Positions 19,401-28,411 of a DNA stretch of 64,000 bases are shown here, one piece after another (within the stretch, counting starts at the first letter, position 1; the number at the start of each line of letters is the position of its first letter). The position numbers and the translations under genes are program-made. The DNA comes from Sphingomonas sp. GTDB taxonomy: Bacteria; Pseudomonadota; Alphaproteobacteria; Sphingomonadales; Sphingomonadaceae. The stretch is from contig DATLJH010000009.1 of assembly GCA_035538935.1 (NCBI GenBank), forward strand, positions 18,378-82,377, given 5' to 3'. Below the pieces are notes generated by a model. That model was not told where the DNA came from. It did not search any database and saw only the letters and a program-made list of their open reading frames with translations.

Positions 19401-19591
19401 AGCGTGTCCGGGCGCGCGGCGGCACGGATGCGGTAGCGCGTCTGGGTGACACCGCGCTCGGTCGCATCGATTCGCCAGGACAGGATCGGCCGCATGACTT
19501 CGGTGCCGAGAAGGTCGGCGACGTGCTCGGCGCGCAGGTCGAGAATCGCGAGGCCCGGTGCGCCGGTATCGGCCACGGACAATTTCGGCAT
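16448..19591 (-). CDS. GH78 alpha-L-rhamnosidase (no evident signal peptide)
   Basis: FDFGQNFAGW, PRFTYHGFRYVEV, VPTDCPQRDERMGWSGD, LGDWL, LSTGFLGTPYLL, ATTIWERWN, MNSYNHYAFGAV. Confidence 0.92.
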   Translation of the reverse strand: MPKLSVADTGAPGLAILDLRAEHVADLLGTEVMRPILSWRIDATERGVTQTRYRIRAAARPDTLDDPDALLWDSGEIDSADSSVPYGGPAPAAMQRLWWNVEIADDRGRTARSQPAWFEAGLLSAGDWHAQWIEAEDDAAAADRAAGLAWIWSADPLDPRPHGFRLDFDAPDDVIDAEILIAGKDELLSAWVNGAPATLPRLVYWGTLLPVGGATVKPGRNSLCVAVSAETEGFFPVDGGAMAALVRLHRRDGTIERLVSGPDWRIMADPPADWTVPGFDASGWQAAQPSGSRAAGDPRPAEPAMLLRTEFAPRAPVVAARLYATALGVYEARINGRAVSDAALAPEISVAREHVLYQSYDVTNLIAEGTNALGFTVADGFYAGAFGWRMERYGFGPAPRRLLAQLRLDYADGSHDWVATGPDWRIARSPVTAADIYGGETHDARLDRDGWDAPGHDDGGWRPARVGAAPPARLVAQTSPALRPQKVLRAATISEPRPGRFVFDFGQNFAGWARLRATGPAGTAITLRFAELLDADGLADQANLRLAEATDRFILRGDAVGETVEPRFTYHGFRYVEVEGYPGTPTPDDIEGIVVHSDCAVTGDMCFDHPLLQQIWNNTLWSQRSNFFAVPTDCPQRDERMGWSGDIQVFLDAAAFNMDVDAFIRRFLLEMRAAQRPDGGYPIVVPQPLSFPDVVTAGWSEAGIILPHGLWQRYGDTAAIDENWDAMERWMTFVARTNPDHIWRNDRELDLGDWLSVDAIQPDDETTPRVLCATAYWAFSAQLMAEMAEATGRVTAAARYRDLRAAIGEAFARELLAADGTAGNGSQASQVLALHMGLVPDDRRAAAAQILADDIRRRGMKLSTGFLGTPYLLDVLADAGRWEEVTALLLQTGYPSWGYMPSVGATTIWERWNGDVGDLSMNSYNHYAFGAVVGFFYRRLAGIAPAAPGFRRIAVRPVFLPAIGKVAARYESCMGTIATEVDGDEDGLSLLTLTVPANAIAEVELPAGRDWREDGHTLDSHPDVRNFRHEDAVLRFEVGSGSYRFAG

Positions 19592-19817
19592 TCGGGCTTC
19601 TCCTGTGCGACTGCCACGCGTCTTTCGCTGCACCGACTAGGGTGGTGATCCACTCTTCGTCAATTTTTTCGTTCTGCGAGTCGATCGAAGCGAAACGAAA
19701 GTGATGGGCGTTGCGCTCGCCCCGCTGCATCGGTAAGCCATACGGCAGATCAGGAGCGTTCGCAGCCATTGTGGCGCATCCTTTCGATATTCTTCGACCT
19801 TGCGGGAGGATGGACGA

Positions 19818-21098
19818 ATGGCGACAGGCATCGAGGCGGCGGAACGCCCGGCGGGAGCCGACGACTGGAAGAACACGATCCTCGCCGGCCTCGCCAATTA
19901 TATCGATGCCGGATCGATCGTCGCGGGCTCCGCCGCGCTGGCCTTGTGGGTCGAAGCGTACAAGCTCAACACCGATCTCGTCGGGTTGATCGGTGCGTTC
20001 GGGCCCAATGCGATCTCGGCGGGCGTGGGCGCGCTGATCGGCGGGCGGCTGTGCGACCTGTTCGGGCGCAAGAAGATCTACCAGTACGACATGCTGTTCT
20101 ACGCGTTCGGCATGTTGTGGCTGATCTTCGCGATGAACGCGTGGATGCTGGTGCTCGGCTTCTTCCTGGTCGGCCTCGCGGTCGGCGCGGACATCCCCGC
20201 CTCCTGGTCGCTGATCGCGGAGATGGCGCCCAAGGGCGCGCGCGGCAAGCACAGCGGTGTCGCGCAGGTGCTCTGGTATCTGGGCCCGGTGGTGGTGCTG
20301 CTGATGTTCCTGGTGCTGACCCCGCTCGGCCTGCTCGGCGCGCGCATCGTGTTCGCCCATCTCGCGATCCTGGCGGTCGCGCTCACCTTCCTCAGATCGC
20401 GCATGCACGAATCGCAGCGCTGGGTGGAGGCGCAGGCCGAACGCGCGATCGAGGGCGCGGTGAAAAAGGGCCGCGTGCGCGATCTCTTCACGCGCCAGCA
20501 TATCGGCTCGATGGCGTTCCTCGCGGGCATGTATCTGTTCTGGAACCTGTGGGCGGGCACCAACGGCTTCTTCTTCCCCTATATCCTGCGCACCGTCGGC
20601 GATCAGAGCCAGGCGGTGTCGGTCGCCGTCCAGGCGTTCTCGTTCCTGCTCGGCATGGGCTCGATCTTCTTCATCTTCATGAAGCTGTCGGATCGCGTGA
20701 ACCAGCGGCTGCTGTTCGGGCTGTCGGCGATCGTCCAGGTGATCGGCATGTCGCTGCTGGCGATATTCCCGCTGACGCTGCCGATCGCGCTGATCCACGT
20801 TTTCCTGATGGCCACCGGCCAGGGCTTCGGCGCGCAGTGCTTCTTCCAGCTGTGGAGCTCGGAGATGTTCCCGACGCTGCTGCGCAGCACCGCGCAGGGG
20901 GTGATGTTCGCGGTGGTGCGGATCACGCTCGGCATCTTCAGCTTCTTCGTGCCGGCGCTGACGGCGACCGGCTTCCACACGCTGGCGTGGATTCTCGTCG
21001 GCTTCCTCGTCGTGAGCGGGCTGATCGGCTTCATCTGGGCGCCGCGCAACGAGGGCAAGTCGCTCGAGGAACTGGAAGCGCAACGCGCCGCGGCGTGA
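19818..21098 (+). CDS. MFS sugar transporter
   Basis: About 12 hydrophobic helices; GGRLCDLFGRKK loop motif, SLIAEMAPKGARG, SSEMFPTLLRSTAQG. Confidence 0.9.
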   Translation: MATGIEAAERPAGADDWKNTILAGLANYIDAGSIVAGSAALALWVEAYKLNTDLVGLIGAFGPNAISAGVGALIGGRLCDLFGRKKIYQYDMLFYAFGMLWLIFAMNAWMLVLGFFLVGLAVGADIPASWSLIAEMAPKGARGKHSGVAQVLWYLGPVVVLLMFLVLTPLGLLGARIVFAHLAILAVALTFLRSRMHESQRWVEAQAERAIEGAVKKGRVRDLFTRQHIGSMAFLAGMYLFWNLWAGTNGFFFPYILRTVGDQSQAVSVAVQAFSFLLGMGSIFFIFMKLSDRVNQRLLFGLSAIVQVIGMSLLAIFPLTLPIALIHVFLMATGQGFGAQCFFQLWSSEMFPTLLRSTAQGVMFAVVRITLGIFSFFVPALTATGFHTLAWILVGFLVVSGLIGFIWAPRNEGKSLEELEAQRAAA

Positions 21099-21118
21099 CC
21101 TGAACAGAGGAGAGAGCC

Positions 21119-22699
21119 GTGGTTTCGAGACGGGACATGATCAAGGGGACGATCGCGCTGGGAACGGCGGTGGGCGCCCCGGCGATCGCCGCGCGCGCCG
21201 CGCCGCCGGGCAAGGTCGAGCGCTGGGGCGTGTACGAGATCGCGCTCGACGGGCCGAGCGACGGCAATCCGTTCGACGACGTGACGCTGGCGGCGGTGTT
21301 CACAAACGGCGGCAGGCAGGTGCGCGTGCCCGGCTTCTACGACGGCGACGGCGTCTATCGCATCCGTTTCAGCCCGCCCGAGCTCGGCCGCTGGGAATGG
21401 CGCGTGACGAGCAGCGCGCCCACGATGGAGGGCCAGGCCGGCGGTTTCGACTGCACGCCGCCGTCTCCCGGCAATCACGGCCCCGTCCGCGTGACCAAGG
21501 ACGGCTATCATTTCGCTTATGCCGACGGCACGCCCTATCGGCAGATCGGCACCACCTGCTATTCCTGGGCGCTGCAATCCGACGCCAAATGCGCCGAAAC
21601 GCTGGCGACGCTGAAGGCCGCGCCGTTCAACAAGATGCGCATGCTGGTCTTCCCCAATGTCGACTCGGTGGCGACCAATCCGTTCGTCCGCACCGGCGAC
21701 GGTCCGCGTGATTGGGATTCGACGCGCTTCGACCCCGCCTATTTCCGCCGCTACGAGGATCGCATCGCCAAGCTCGGCGCGTTGGGGATCGAGGCCGACA
21801 TCATCCTCTTCCACCCCTATGACGAGAAGCGCGGCTATAACGACATGACGCGCGCCGACGACGAGCGCTACGTGCGCTATGCCGCCGCGCGCTGGGGCGC
21901 CTACGCCCACGTCTGGTGGTCGATGGCGAACGAATATGATGCGGTGAAGACCAAGACGATGGAGGATTGGGACCATCTGTTCCAGGTGCTCGTCGCCGCC
22001 GATCCGCACGATCGGCTGCGCTCGATCCACCAGATCCACATCTATTACGACGCGCGCAAACCCTGGATCACGCATGCCAGCATCCAGAACGGCAGCGCGG
22101 TGCTCGACGAGGTACGCGCCGAACTGCACCGCTCGTTCGCGCTCAAGCCCGTGGTGTTCGACGAGGTGCGCTACGAGGGCAATTCCAAACTGCGCTGGGG
22201 GGATCTCTCCGGCGAGGAAATGGTCGAGCGCTTCTGGTGGGGCACCGTCGGCGGCACTTATGTGGGCCATAGCGAGACCTTCGATCCCAATCGCAACGCC
22301 GATTATTCGTGGCTGGGGCAGGGCGGCAAGCTCCAGGGCACCAGCCCGCCGCGGCTCGGTTTCCTGCGCAAGATCATGGAGGAGGGGCCCGCGCCCGGCA
22401 TCGATCCGATCGACGTGTGGTGGGGCAGTCACATCGCGGGCAAGCCGTTCGAATATTATCTCCGTTATTTCGGTGCCGACACGCCGGCCGAATGGGAGAT
22501 GGCGCTGCCGGGACGCAAGGACGACCCGCGCAACACCTATCGCGCCGACATCATCGATACCTGGAACATGACGGTCACGCCGGTGGACGGCGTGTTCCGC
22601 ATGGCGAAGCGCGACGATTACACCTTCCACGATCCCGCCCGGCCGACGGTGAAGCTGCCCGGCAAGCCGTGGATCGCGGTGCGACTGGTCAAGGTATGA
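21119..22699 (+). CDS. Tat-exported DUF5060/DUF4038-type protein, GH140 apiosidase-like
   Basis: Tat motif SRRDMIK; GNPFDDVTLAAVF...PGFYDGDGVYRIRFSP (DUF5060-like); HFAYADGTPYRQIGTTCYSW, WWSMANEYD, KPVVFDEVRYEG (DUF4038-like). Confidence 0.72.
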   Translation: MVSRRDMIKGTIALGTAVGAPAIAARAAPPGKVERWGVYEIALDGPSDGNPFDDVTLAAVFTNGGRQVRVPGFYDGDGVYRIRFSPPELGRWEWRVTSSAPTMEGQAGGFDCTPPSPGNHGPVRVTKDGYHFAYADGTPYRQIGTTCYSWALQSDAKCAETLATLKAAPFNKMRMLVFPNVDSVATNPFVRTGDGPRDWDSTRFDPAYFRRYEDRIAKLGALGIEADIILFHPYDEKRGYNDMTRADDERYVRYAAARWGAYAHVWWSMANEYDAVKTKTMEDWDHLFQVLVAADPHDRLRSIHQIHIYYDARKPWITHASIQNGSAVLDEVRAELHRSFALKPVVFDEVRYEGNSKLRWGDLSGEEMVERFWWGTVGGTYVGHSETFDPNRNADYSWLGQGGKLQGTSPPRLGFLRKIMEEGPAPGIDPIDVWWGSHIAGKPFEYYLRYFGADTPAEWEMALPGRKDDPRNTYRADIIDTWNMTVTPVDGVFRMAKRDDYTFHDPARPTVKLPGKPWIAVRLVKV

Positions 22700-23811
22700 G
22701 GGCCGCGCTCCGCCGGCTGCACGTCGCGCTCGTCCCGGCCGCGCTGCTGCTCGGCGCGGCGGGGCCCGTCGCGGCGGACCCGTCGCCGGTCGTCGCGCGC
22801 GAGTTCATATACGAGTCCGCGCCCTATCCGCAGGCGCACGCCTCGACGATCGTCGAGACCAGCGCGGGCACGCTCGCCGCGGCATGGTTCGGCGGTACGC
22901 GTGAGAGCAACCCCGATGTCAGCATCTATGTCGCGCGGCATGAGAAGGGCGCGTGGCAACGGCCGGTGAAGGTCGCCGACGGGGTGCAGGGGGACGGCAC
23001 GCGCTATCCCACGTGGAACCCGGTGCTGTTCCAGGCGCCGGACGGGCCGCTGTTGCTCTTCTACAAGGTGGGGCCGAGCCCGACCAAATGGTGGGGCATG
23101 GTGACGCGCTCCACCGACGACGGCCGCTCGTGGAGCACGCCGCAGCGGCTACCCGACGGCATCCTGGGGCCGATCAAGAACAAGCCGGTCGTTCTTGCCG
23201 ATGGGTCATGGCTGGCGCCGTCGAGCGTCGAGACCGAAGACGGGCGCTGGACGCTCCATTTCGAGCGGAGCACCGATCGCGGCAAGAGTTGGATCGCATC
23301 GCCTGCGGTCGCCTCACCCGAGCATATCGACGCGATCCAGCCGAGCATCCTCTTCCACGAGGACGGATCGCTCGAGGCGATCGCGCGCACGCGGCAGGGC
23401 GCGCTCGCGATGACCTGGTCGAAGGACGGCGGCAAGAGCTGGTCGCCGCTCGCCGCGATCGATTTGCCCAACCCCAATTCGGGCACCGATGCGGTGACGC
23501 TCGCGGACGGGCGCCAGCTTCTCGTCTACAATCACAGCGCGCACAGCCCGGACAGGCCCGGCAAGGGGCCGCGCTATCCGCTCAACGTCGCGCTGTCGGA
23601 CGACGGCATCCGCTGGCGCCCGGTGCTGACTCTGGAATGCAAACCGCTGCCCGCCGGTTATGCCTATCCCGCCGTCATCCAGACGCGCGACGGGCTTGTC
23701 CACATCACCTACACCTATGATCGCCGCCGTATCGGGCACATCGTGCTCGAACCGGAACGGCTCGGCGGAATAGTCGATCCTAGCCGATGCGGTACAGACG
23801 CGCCGCATTAG
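22696..23811 (+). CDS. BNR-repeat sialidase-like (GH33-like) secreted protein
   Basis: Signal peptide; HASTIVET...AAWFGG, Asp-boxes STDDGRSW, STDRGKSW, SKDGGKSW, SDDGIRW, and YAYPAVIQ. ATGA-coupled to the upstream gene. Confidence 0.82.
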   Translation: MRAALRRLHVALVPAALLLGAAGPVAADPSPVVAREFIYESAPYPQAHASTIVETSAGTLAAAWFGGTRESNPDVSIYVARHEKGAWQRPVKVADGVQGDGTRYPTWNPVLFQAPDGPLLLFYKVGPSPTKWWGMVTRSTDDGRSWSTPQRLPDGILGPIKNKPVVLADGSWLAPSSVETEDGRWTLHFERSTDRGKSWIASPAVASPEHIDAIQPSILFHEDGSLEAIARTRQGALAMTWSKDGGKSWSPLAAIDLPNPNSGTDAVTLADGRQLLVYNHSAHSPDRPGKGPRYPLNVALSDDGIRWRPVLTLECKPLPAGYAYPAVIQTRDGLVHITYTYDRRRIGHIVLEPERLGGIVDPSRCGTDAPH

Positions 23812-24676
23812 CGGCGAACAGCGCGTCGCGTTCGCCGGCGCTGAAATCGGCGGTGATGTCCGAATAAGCCTGGAGGTGTCGATCGAACGGGCCGAACAAT
23901 TTGTCGGTGGGAAAATCGCTCGCGACCATGCAACGATCGGTGCCGAATTGGTCGATGGCGTGGAGGATCAGCGGGCGGATGCGCTCGACGGTCCAGCCGT
24001 GATCGACGATGCCGAAGCCTGATAGTTTAATGGCTACATGAGGCAACGCGGCGAGTGCGGCGAGCCCGTCGCGCCATTCGGCCTCGCCGCCGTCATCGAC
24101 GAGCATGCCGGTATGGTTGATCATCACCGGCACGTCGGGGTGCTGCGCCGCGAGCGCGGCCGCCGCCTTCATCTGCCCCGGATAGAGCTGGAGATCGAAG
24201 CTCAGCCCGTATTTGCCGAGCAGCGCATAGCCCGCGTGCCATTGCGGGTCGTCTAGCAGGTTGGCGGGGGTGTAGGTCTTGCCCGGATCGGGGTGCCAAT
24301 TGGCGATGTGGCGGATGCCGCGGACGTTGGGAAAGCTCGCCTGCGCTTCGAGAATCGCCTCGACCTTGGGATCGTCGAGCGGCGCGAAGCCGACGATCGC
24401 GTTGGGCATTCCCCGCGTATCGGCCATCGCCTGGAGCCAGCGCGTCTCGTCGAGCGCGGCGGCGGGATCGGCGCCGGCATCGATATGGACGATCCCCGTG
24501 ACGTTCCATCCCGCCGCATCGGCGAGATAATCGTCGAGCAGATAGGTCTTCGCGATCGGCTCGACGCTGCCCATCACGCCGTCGTCGGAAAAAGGCGGCG
24601 TCAGCCACGAATAGGCGATGTGCGACAGATCCCACAGATGGACGTGCGCGTCGACGAAGCGGGCCGGGCGCGTCAT
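23780..24676 (-). CDS. Amidohydrolase-family lactonase (probable L-rhamnono-1,4-lactonase, LRA2)
   Basis: VDAHVHLWD, VRGIRH, MINHTG, IKLSG, FGTDRCMVASDFP; last gene of the rhamnose oxidation operon. Confidence 0.8.
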   Translation of the reverse strand: MTRPARFVDAHVHLWDLSHIAYSWLTPPFSDDGVMGSVEPIAKTYLLDDYLADAAGWNVTGIVHIDAGADPAAALDETRWLQAMADTRGMPNAIVGFAPLDDPKVEAILEAQASFPNVRGIRHIANWHPDPGKTYTPANLLDDPQWHAGYALLGKYGLSFDLQLYPGQMKAAAALAAQHPDVPVMINHTGMLVDDGGEAEWRDGLAALAALPHVAIKLSGFGIVDHGWTVERIRPLILHAIDQFGTDRCMVASDFPTDKLFGPFDRHLQAYSDITADFSAGERDALFAANAARLYRIG

Positions 24677-25425
24677 CAGAAGGTCGTTCTGCCGCCCGAC
24701 GTGTCGAAGGTGGACGCGGTGGTGAACGAGCATTCCTCGCTCGCCATGAAGCACACCATCGCGGCGGATTCGGCAACCTCGCCGAGACGGCCCATCGGGA
24801 TCTTGGAGCGCATGTAATCGACCTGGCTCTGGGGAAGCTGGGCGAGGATCGGGCTCTCGAAGGTGGCGGGGGTGAGCGCGTTGACGATCACGCCTCTGGT
24901 CGCGAGCTCCTTGCCCATCGACTTGGTGAGCCCGATCACGCCCGCCTTGGAGGCGGAATAGGCCGAGGCGTTGGGATTGCCTTCCTTGCCCGCAACCGAG
25001 GCGACGTTGACGATGCGGCCGTAGCCACGCTCGGCCATGTGTGCGCCGACCGCACGGCAGCAATAGAACAGGCCATTGAGGTTGATCGCCATCACCTGAA
25101 GCCAGCTGTCGATCGGGTAATCGGTGACGGGCGCGGTCGCGCCGGTGATCCCGGCGGCGTTGACGAGGATGTCGACATGGCCGAGCGCGGCGATCGTCTC
25201 GCGCGCGGCGACCTCGACCGCCGCATTGTCCGACACGTCGAGCGCGGCCGTGTGCGCCACCCCGTCCTCTGCCGAAAGCGCGGCGAGGCTGTCACGATTG
25301 ACGTCCCACAAGGCGACCCGGCCGCCCTCGGCGACGATGCGCCGGGCGGCGGCGAGCGCGAGCCCCGAGGCGCCGCCGGTGAGGATCGCGGTGCGGCCTT
25401 CGAAGCGTCCCTGATAGACGCTCAT
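24676..25425 (-). CDS. SDR oxidoreductase (probable 2-keto-3-deoxy-L-rhamnonate 4-dehydrogenase, LRA5-like)
   Basis: TGGASGLALA, VNAAGI, NVASVAGKEGNPNASAYSASKAG (YxxxK), SGGR. Confidence 0.78.
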   Translation of the reverse strand: MSVYQGRFEGRTAILTGGASGLALAAARRIVAEGGRVALWDVNRDSLAALSAEDGVAHTAALDVSDNAAVEVAARETIAALGHVDILVNAAGITGATAPVTDYPIDSWLQVMAINLNGLFYCCRAVGAHMAERGYGRIVNVASVAGKEGNPNASAYSASKAGVIGLTKSMGKELATRGVIVNALTPATFESPILAQLPQSQVDYMRSKIPMGRLGEVAESAAMVCFMASEECSFTTASTFDTSGGRTTF

Positions 25426-26279
25426 GCGCGGGCTTCCCAGGCGACGAACGTCTGGCGCTGGGTGCCGAGCTTCTCGATACCCAATTCCACCACGTCGCCC
25501 GCCTTGAGATACCAGGGTTCGGGCTTCTGGCCGAGGCCGACGCCCGGCGGGGTGCCGGTGGTGATGATGTCGCCAGGCTCGAGCACCATGAATTGCGAGC
25601 AATAGGCGACGATCTCGGCGACGGTGAAGATCATGGTCGCGGACGAGCCGTCCTGCATGCGCTTGCCGTTGACGTCGAGCCACATCGAAAGGTTCTGCGG
25701 ATCGCCCACCTCGTCGGCGGTGACCAGCCAGGGGCCGACCGGGCCGAAGGTCGGGAAGCCCTTGCCCTTGTCCCAGGTGGGGCCGCGCTCGACCTGCCAG
25801 TGGCGCTCCGAGACGTCGTTGACCACGCAATAGCCCGCGACATGCGCGAGCGCGTCTTCCTTGGAGACGTAGTTCGCCCGCGTGCCGATGACGACGCCCA
25901 GTTCGACTTCCCAGTCGGTCTTGGCCGAATCGCGCGGGATGACGACATCGTCGTTCGGCCCCTGGAGGCAGTTCACCCATTTGTTGAACACGACCGGCTC
26001 TTCGGGGATCGGCAGGTTCGATTCGGCGGCATGATCGGCATAGTTGAGGCCGATCGCGATGAACTTGCCCGTGCCCGCTACCGGCACGCCGTAGCGCGGA
26101 TCGCCCTCGACCAGCGGCAGCGACGCGGGATCGATCGCGGCAAGCTCGGCCAGCGTCGCGGGCGCGAGCGCGTCGCTCGACAGATCGGCGACGACGCCCG
26201 AAAGGTCGCGGATGCGGCCCTCGGCATCGATCAGGCCGGGCTTCTCGGCGCCGACGGCACCAAAACGGCAAAGTTTCAT
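25422..26279 (-). CDS. Fumarylacetoacetate hydrolase-family protein (probable 2,4-diketo-3-deoxy-L-rhamnonate hydrolase, LRA6-like)
   Basis: IGLNYADHAAE, DWEVELGVVIG, NDVSER, WDKGKGFPTFGPVGP, GDIITTGTPPGVG. Confidence 0.82.
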   Translation of the reverse strand: MKLCRFGAVGAEKPGLIDAEGRIRDLSGVVADLSSDALAPATLAELAAIDPASLPLVEGDPRYGVPVAGTGKFIAIGLNYADHAAESNLPIPEEPVVFNKWVNCLQGPNDDVVIPRDSAKTDWEVELGVVIGTRANYVSKEDALAHVAGYCVVNDVSERHWQVERGPTWDKGKGFPTFGPVGPWLVTADEVGDPQNLSMWLDVNGKRMQDGSSATMIFTVAEIVAYCSQFMVLEPGDIITTGTPPGVGLGQKPEPWYLKAGDVVELGIEKLGTQRQTFVAWEARA

Positions 26280-26291
26280 GGGGCAGAGTCC

Positions 26292-27479
26292 TCAGTGCGT
26301 ATAGGGGCGGTGGAGCGGGATATCGCGATTCAGCTCCACGCCGAAACCCGGCTTGTCGAGCTTCGAGACGTGGATGCGCCCGTTCTCGGGCACCGGCTCG
26401 CCGATCAGCTGCGGCGCGAACATCGGCACCACTTCGTCCGCCTTGGGCGCCATCATCAGGAACTCCGAGAACGGGCTGTTATGGCGGGTGATCACGAAGT
26501 GATAGCTGTAGACGCTCGATCCGTGCGGCACGACGAGCTTGCCTCGGGAATCCGCGAGCGTCGCGATTTTGACCAGCTCGGTCAGCCCGCCACACCAGCC
26601 GACGTCGGGCTGGAGAATGTCGCAGCATTCCATTTCGAGCAGCATGCGGAAGCCCCAGCGCGTCGCCTCATGCTCGCCGGTGGTGACCAGCATGCCGCGG
26701 GGCACGTTGCGCCGGAGATCGGCATAGCCCCAATAATCGTCGGGGCTGAGCGCTTCCTCGATCCATTTGAGCCCCGACTCGTTCCACGCGCGCGTCGCGA
26801 ACCGGGTGGCGTAATCGAGATCGAGCGACATCCAGCAATCGACCATCAGCCAGAAATCGTCGCCGACGCGGCTGCGCATTTCGGCGAGTTCGGCGAGGTT
26901 GCGCGCGAGCCCCTCGTCGCCCTCGGCCGGGCCGTGATGGAGCGGCAGCTTGCCGCCGACGAACCCCATCTGCCTGGCGAGGTCCGGCCGCGCGCCGGTG
27001 GCGTAGAAGCTGATTTCGTCGCGCACCGCGCCGCCGAGCAGGCGATAGACCGGCTCGCCGCGCAACTTGCCGAGCAGATCCCACAGCGCCAGATCGACGC
27101 CCGAGATCGCGTTCACCACCAGCCCCTTGCGCCCGTAATATTGGGTCGCGAAGTACATCTGATCCCAGATCGTCTCGATATCGGCCGGATCACGCCCCTC
27201 GAGGAAACGCGCGAGATGCTTCTCGACGATGTAGGCCGCGGGCTCGCCGCCGGTCGTCACCGCGAAGCCGATCGTGCCGTCCGCCGCCTCGATCTCCACC
27301 ACCAGCGTGCCGAGCACGTTGATCCCGAAGCTGCGCCGGCTCTCCCGATATTCGGGATAGCGCGCCATCGGGGTCGCGATGTGATCGTCGATCCAGTGCC
27401 CGTCGCCCTGATCGTGGTAATCCGCGCCGCCGCCGCGCACCACGGATGCTCGGACCGCTCGTATCTTCGGTAGGCTCAC
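26292..27479 (-). CDS. rhmD: L-rhamnonate dehydratase (enolase superfamily)
   Basis: [85 protein letters not shown]. Confidence 0.92.
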   Translation of the reverse strand: MSLPKIRAVRASVVRGGGADYHDQGDGHWIDDHIATPMARYPEYRESRRSFGINVLGTLVVEIEAADGTIGFAVTTGGEPAAYIVEKHLARFLEGRDPADIETIWDQMYFATQYYGRKGLVVNAISGVDLALWDLLGKLRGEPVYRLLGGAVRDEISFYATGARPDLARQMGFVGGKLPLHHGPAEGDEGLARNLAELAEMRSRVGDDFWLMVDCWMSLDLDYATRFATRAWNESGLKWIEEALSPDDYWGYADLRRNVPRGMLVTTGEHEATRWGFRMLLEMECCDILQPDVGWCGGLTELVKIATLADSRGKLVVPHGSSVYSYHFVITRHNSPFSEFLMMAPKADEVVPMFAPQLIGEPVPENGRIHVSKLDKPGFGVELNRDIPLHRPYTH

Positions 27480-27617
27480 GCTCGATCTAACTCCCTTTTT
27501 AAAAGTATTATATGACGATTGAGCTTGCGGTCAACGACATTTGGCGGATCGGCGGGTCGATTCGCGCGCGCTCGGACGCCGCCCGGGCTCGTGTCGTCGG
27601 GCCCGGGCGGCGCCATG

Positions 27618-28382
27618 CTATTGCAGGTTCACGAACATGCCGCCGTCGACCAGCAGCGAAGCGCCCGTGACGTAGCGTGCGAGATCGGAGGCGAGGAACA
27701 CCGTCGGCCCCACGAGATCATCGGGATCGCCCAGCCGCCCCAGCGGGATGCGCTTTTCCATGTACGTCCGCTTTTCGGTATCGGCGAGATCGTCCTTGTT
27801 GATGTCGGTCAGGATGGTGCCGGGGAGCAGTGCGTTGCAGCGGATGCCGTGCTTGCCGAGCGCGATCGCGCACGATTGCATCAGCGAGAGCACGCCCGCC
27901 TTGGTGGGCGTATAGTGCGTCTGATATTCGCCGCCGACCAGCGCCGAGATCGACGACATGGCGATGATCGACCCGCCGTCGCCCTGCTTCACCATCTGGT
28001 TCGCGGCGGCCTGCACCATGAAATAGGCGCCGTGCATGTTGACCCGCATCGTCCGCTCGAACGTCTCGACGGGCATGTCGAGAAAGGCGTGGAAGGGGCA
28101 GATGCCGGCATTGTTGACGAACACGTCGACCCGGCCCAGCGCCGCTACCGCGCCCTCGACGAAGCGGGTCGCGCTTTCGGGCTCGGCGACGTCGCCCTGA
28201 ATCGCGACGGCCTTGCGCCCCAGCGCCTCGATCGCCGCGACCGCGCCTTCGGCGCCGGCGGAATCGCGGCCGAAATTGAGCGCGACGTCTGCGCCGTGCC
28301 GGGCGCAGCCGATCGCCACCGCGCGGCCGATGCCCGCCGACGCGCCGGTGACGAGGACGGTTTTTCCTTCGAGCAGCATCAT
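27618..28382 (-). CDS. SDR L-rhamnose 1-dehydrogenase (LRA1-like)
   Basis: TGASAGIG, NNAGICPFH, SSISALVGGEYQTHYTPTKAG, LLVDGGMFVNLQ. Confidence 0.85.
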   Translation of the reverse strand: MMLLEGKTVLVTGASAGIGRAVAIGCARHGADVALNFGRDSAGAEGAVAAIEALGRKAVAIQGDVAEPESATRFVEGAVAALGRVDVFVNNAGICPFHAFLDMPVETFERTMRVNMHGAYFMVQAAANQMVKQGDGGSIIAMSSISALVGGEYQTHYTPTKAGVLSLMQSCAIALGKHGIRCNALLPGTILTDINKDDLADTEKRTYMEKRIPLGRLGDPDDLVGPTVFLASDLARYVTGASLLVDGGMFVNLQ

Positions 28383-28411
28383 TGATCCTTTTTTCGATTG
28401 ATGGACCGCTC

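Noticed and set aside
16814-19648. 944 aa plus-strand ORF
   Set aside because: Antisense shadow of GH78; Arg/Gly/Ala-rich with no motifs, a typical high-GC artefact.
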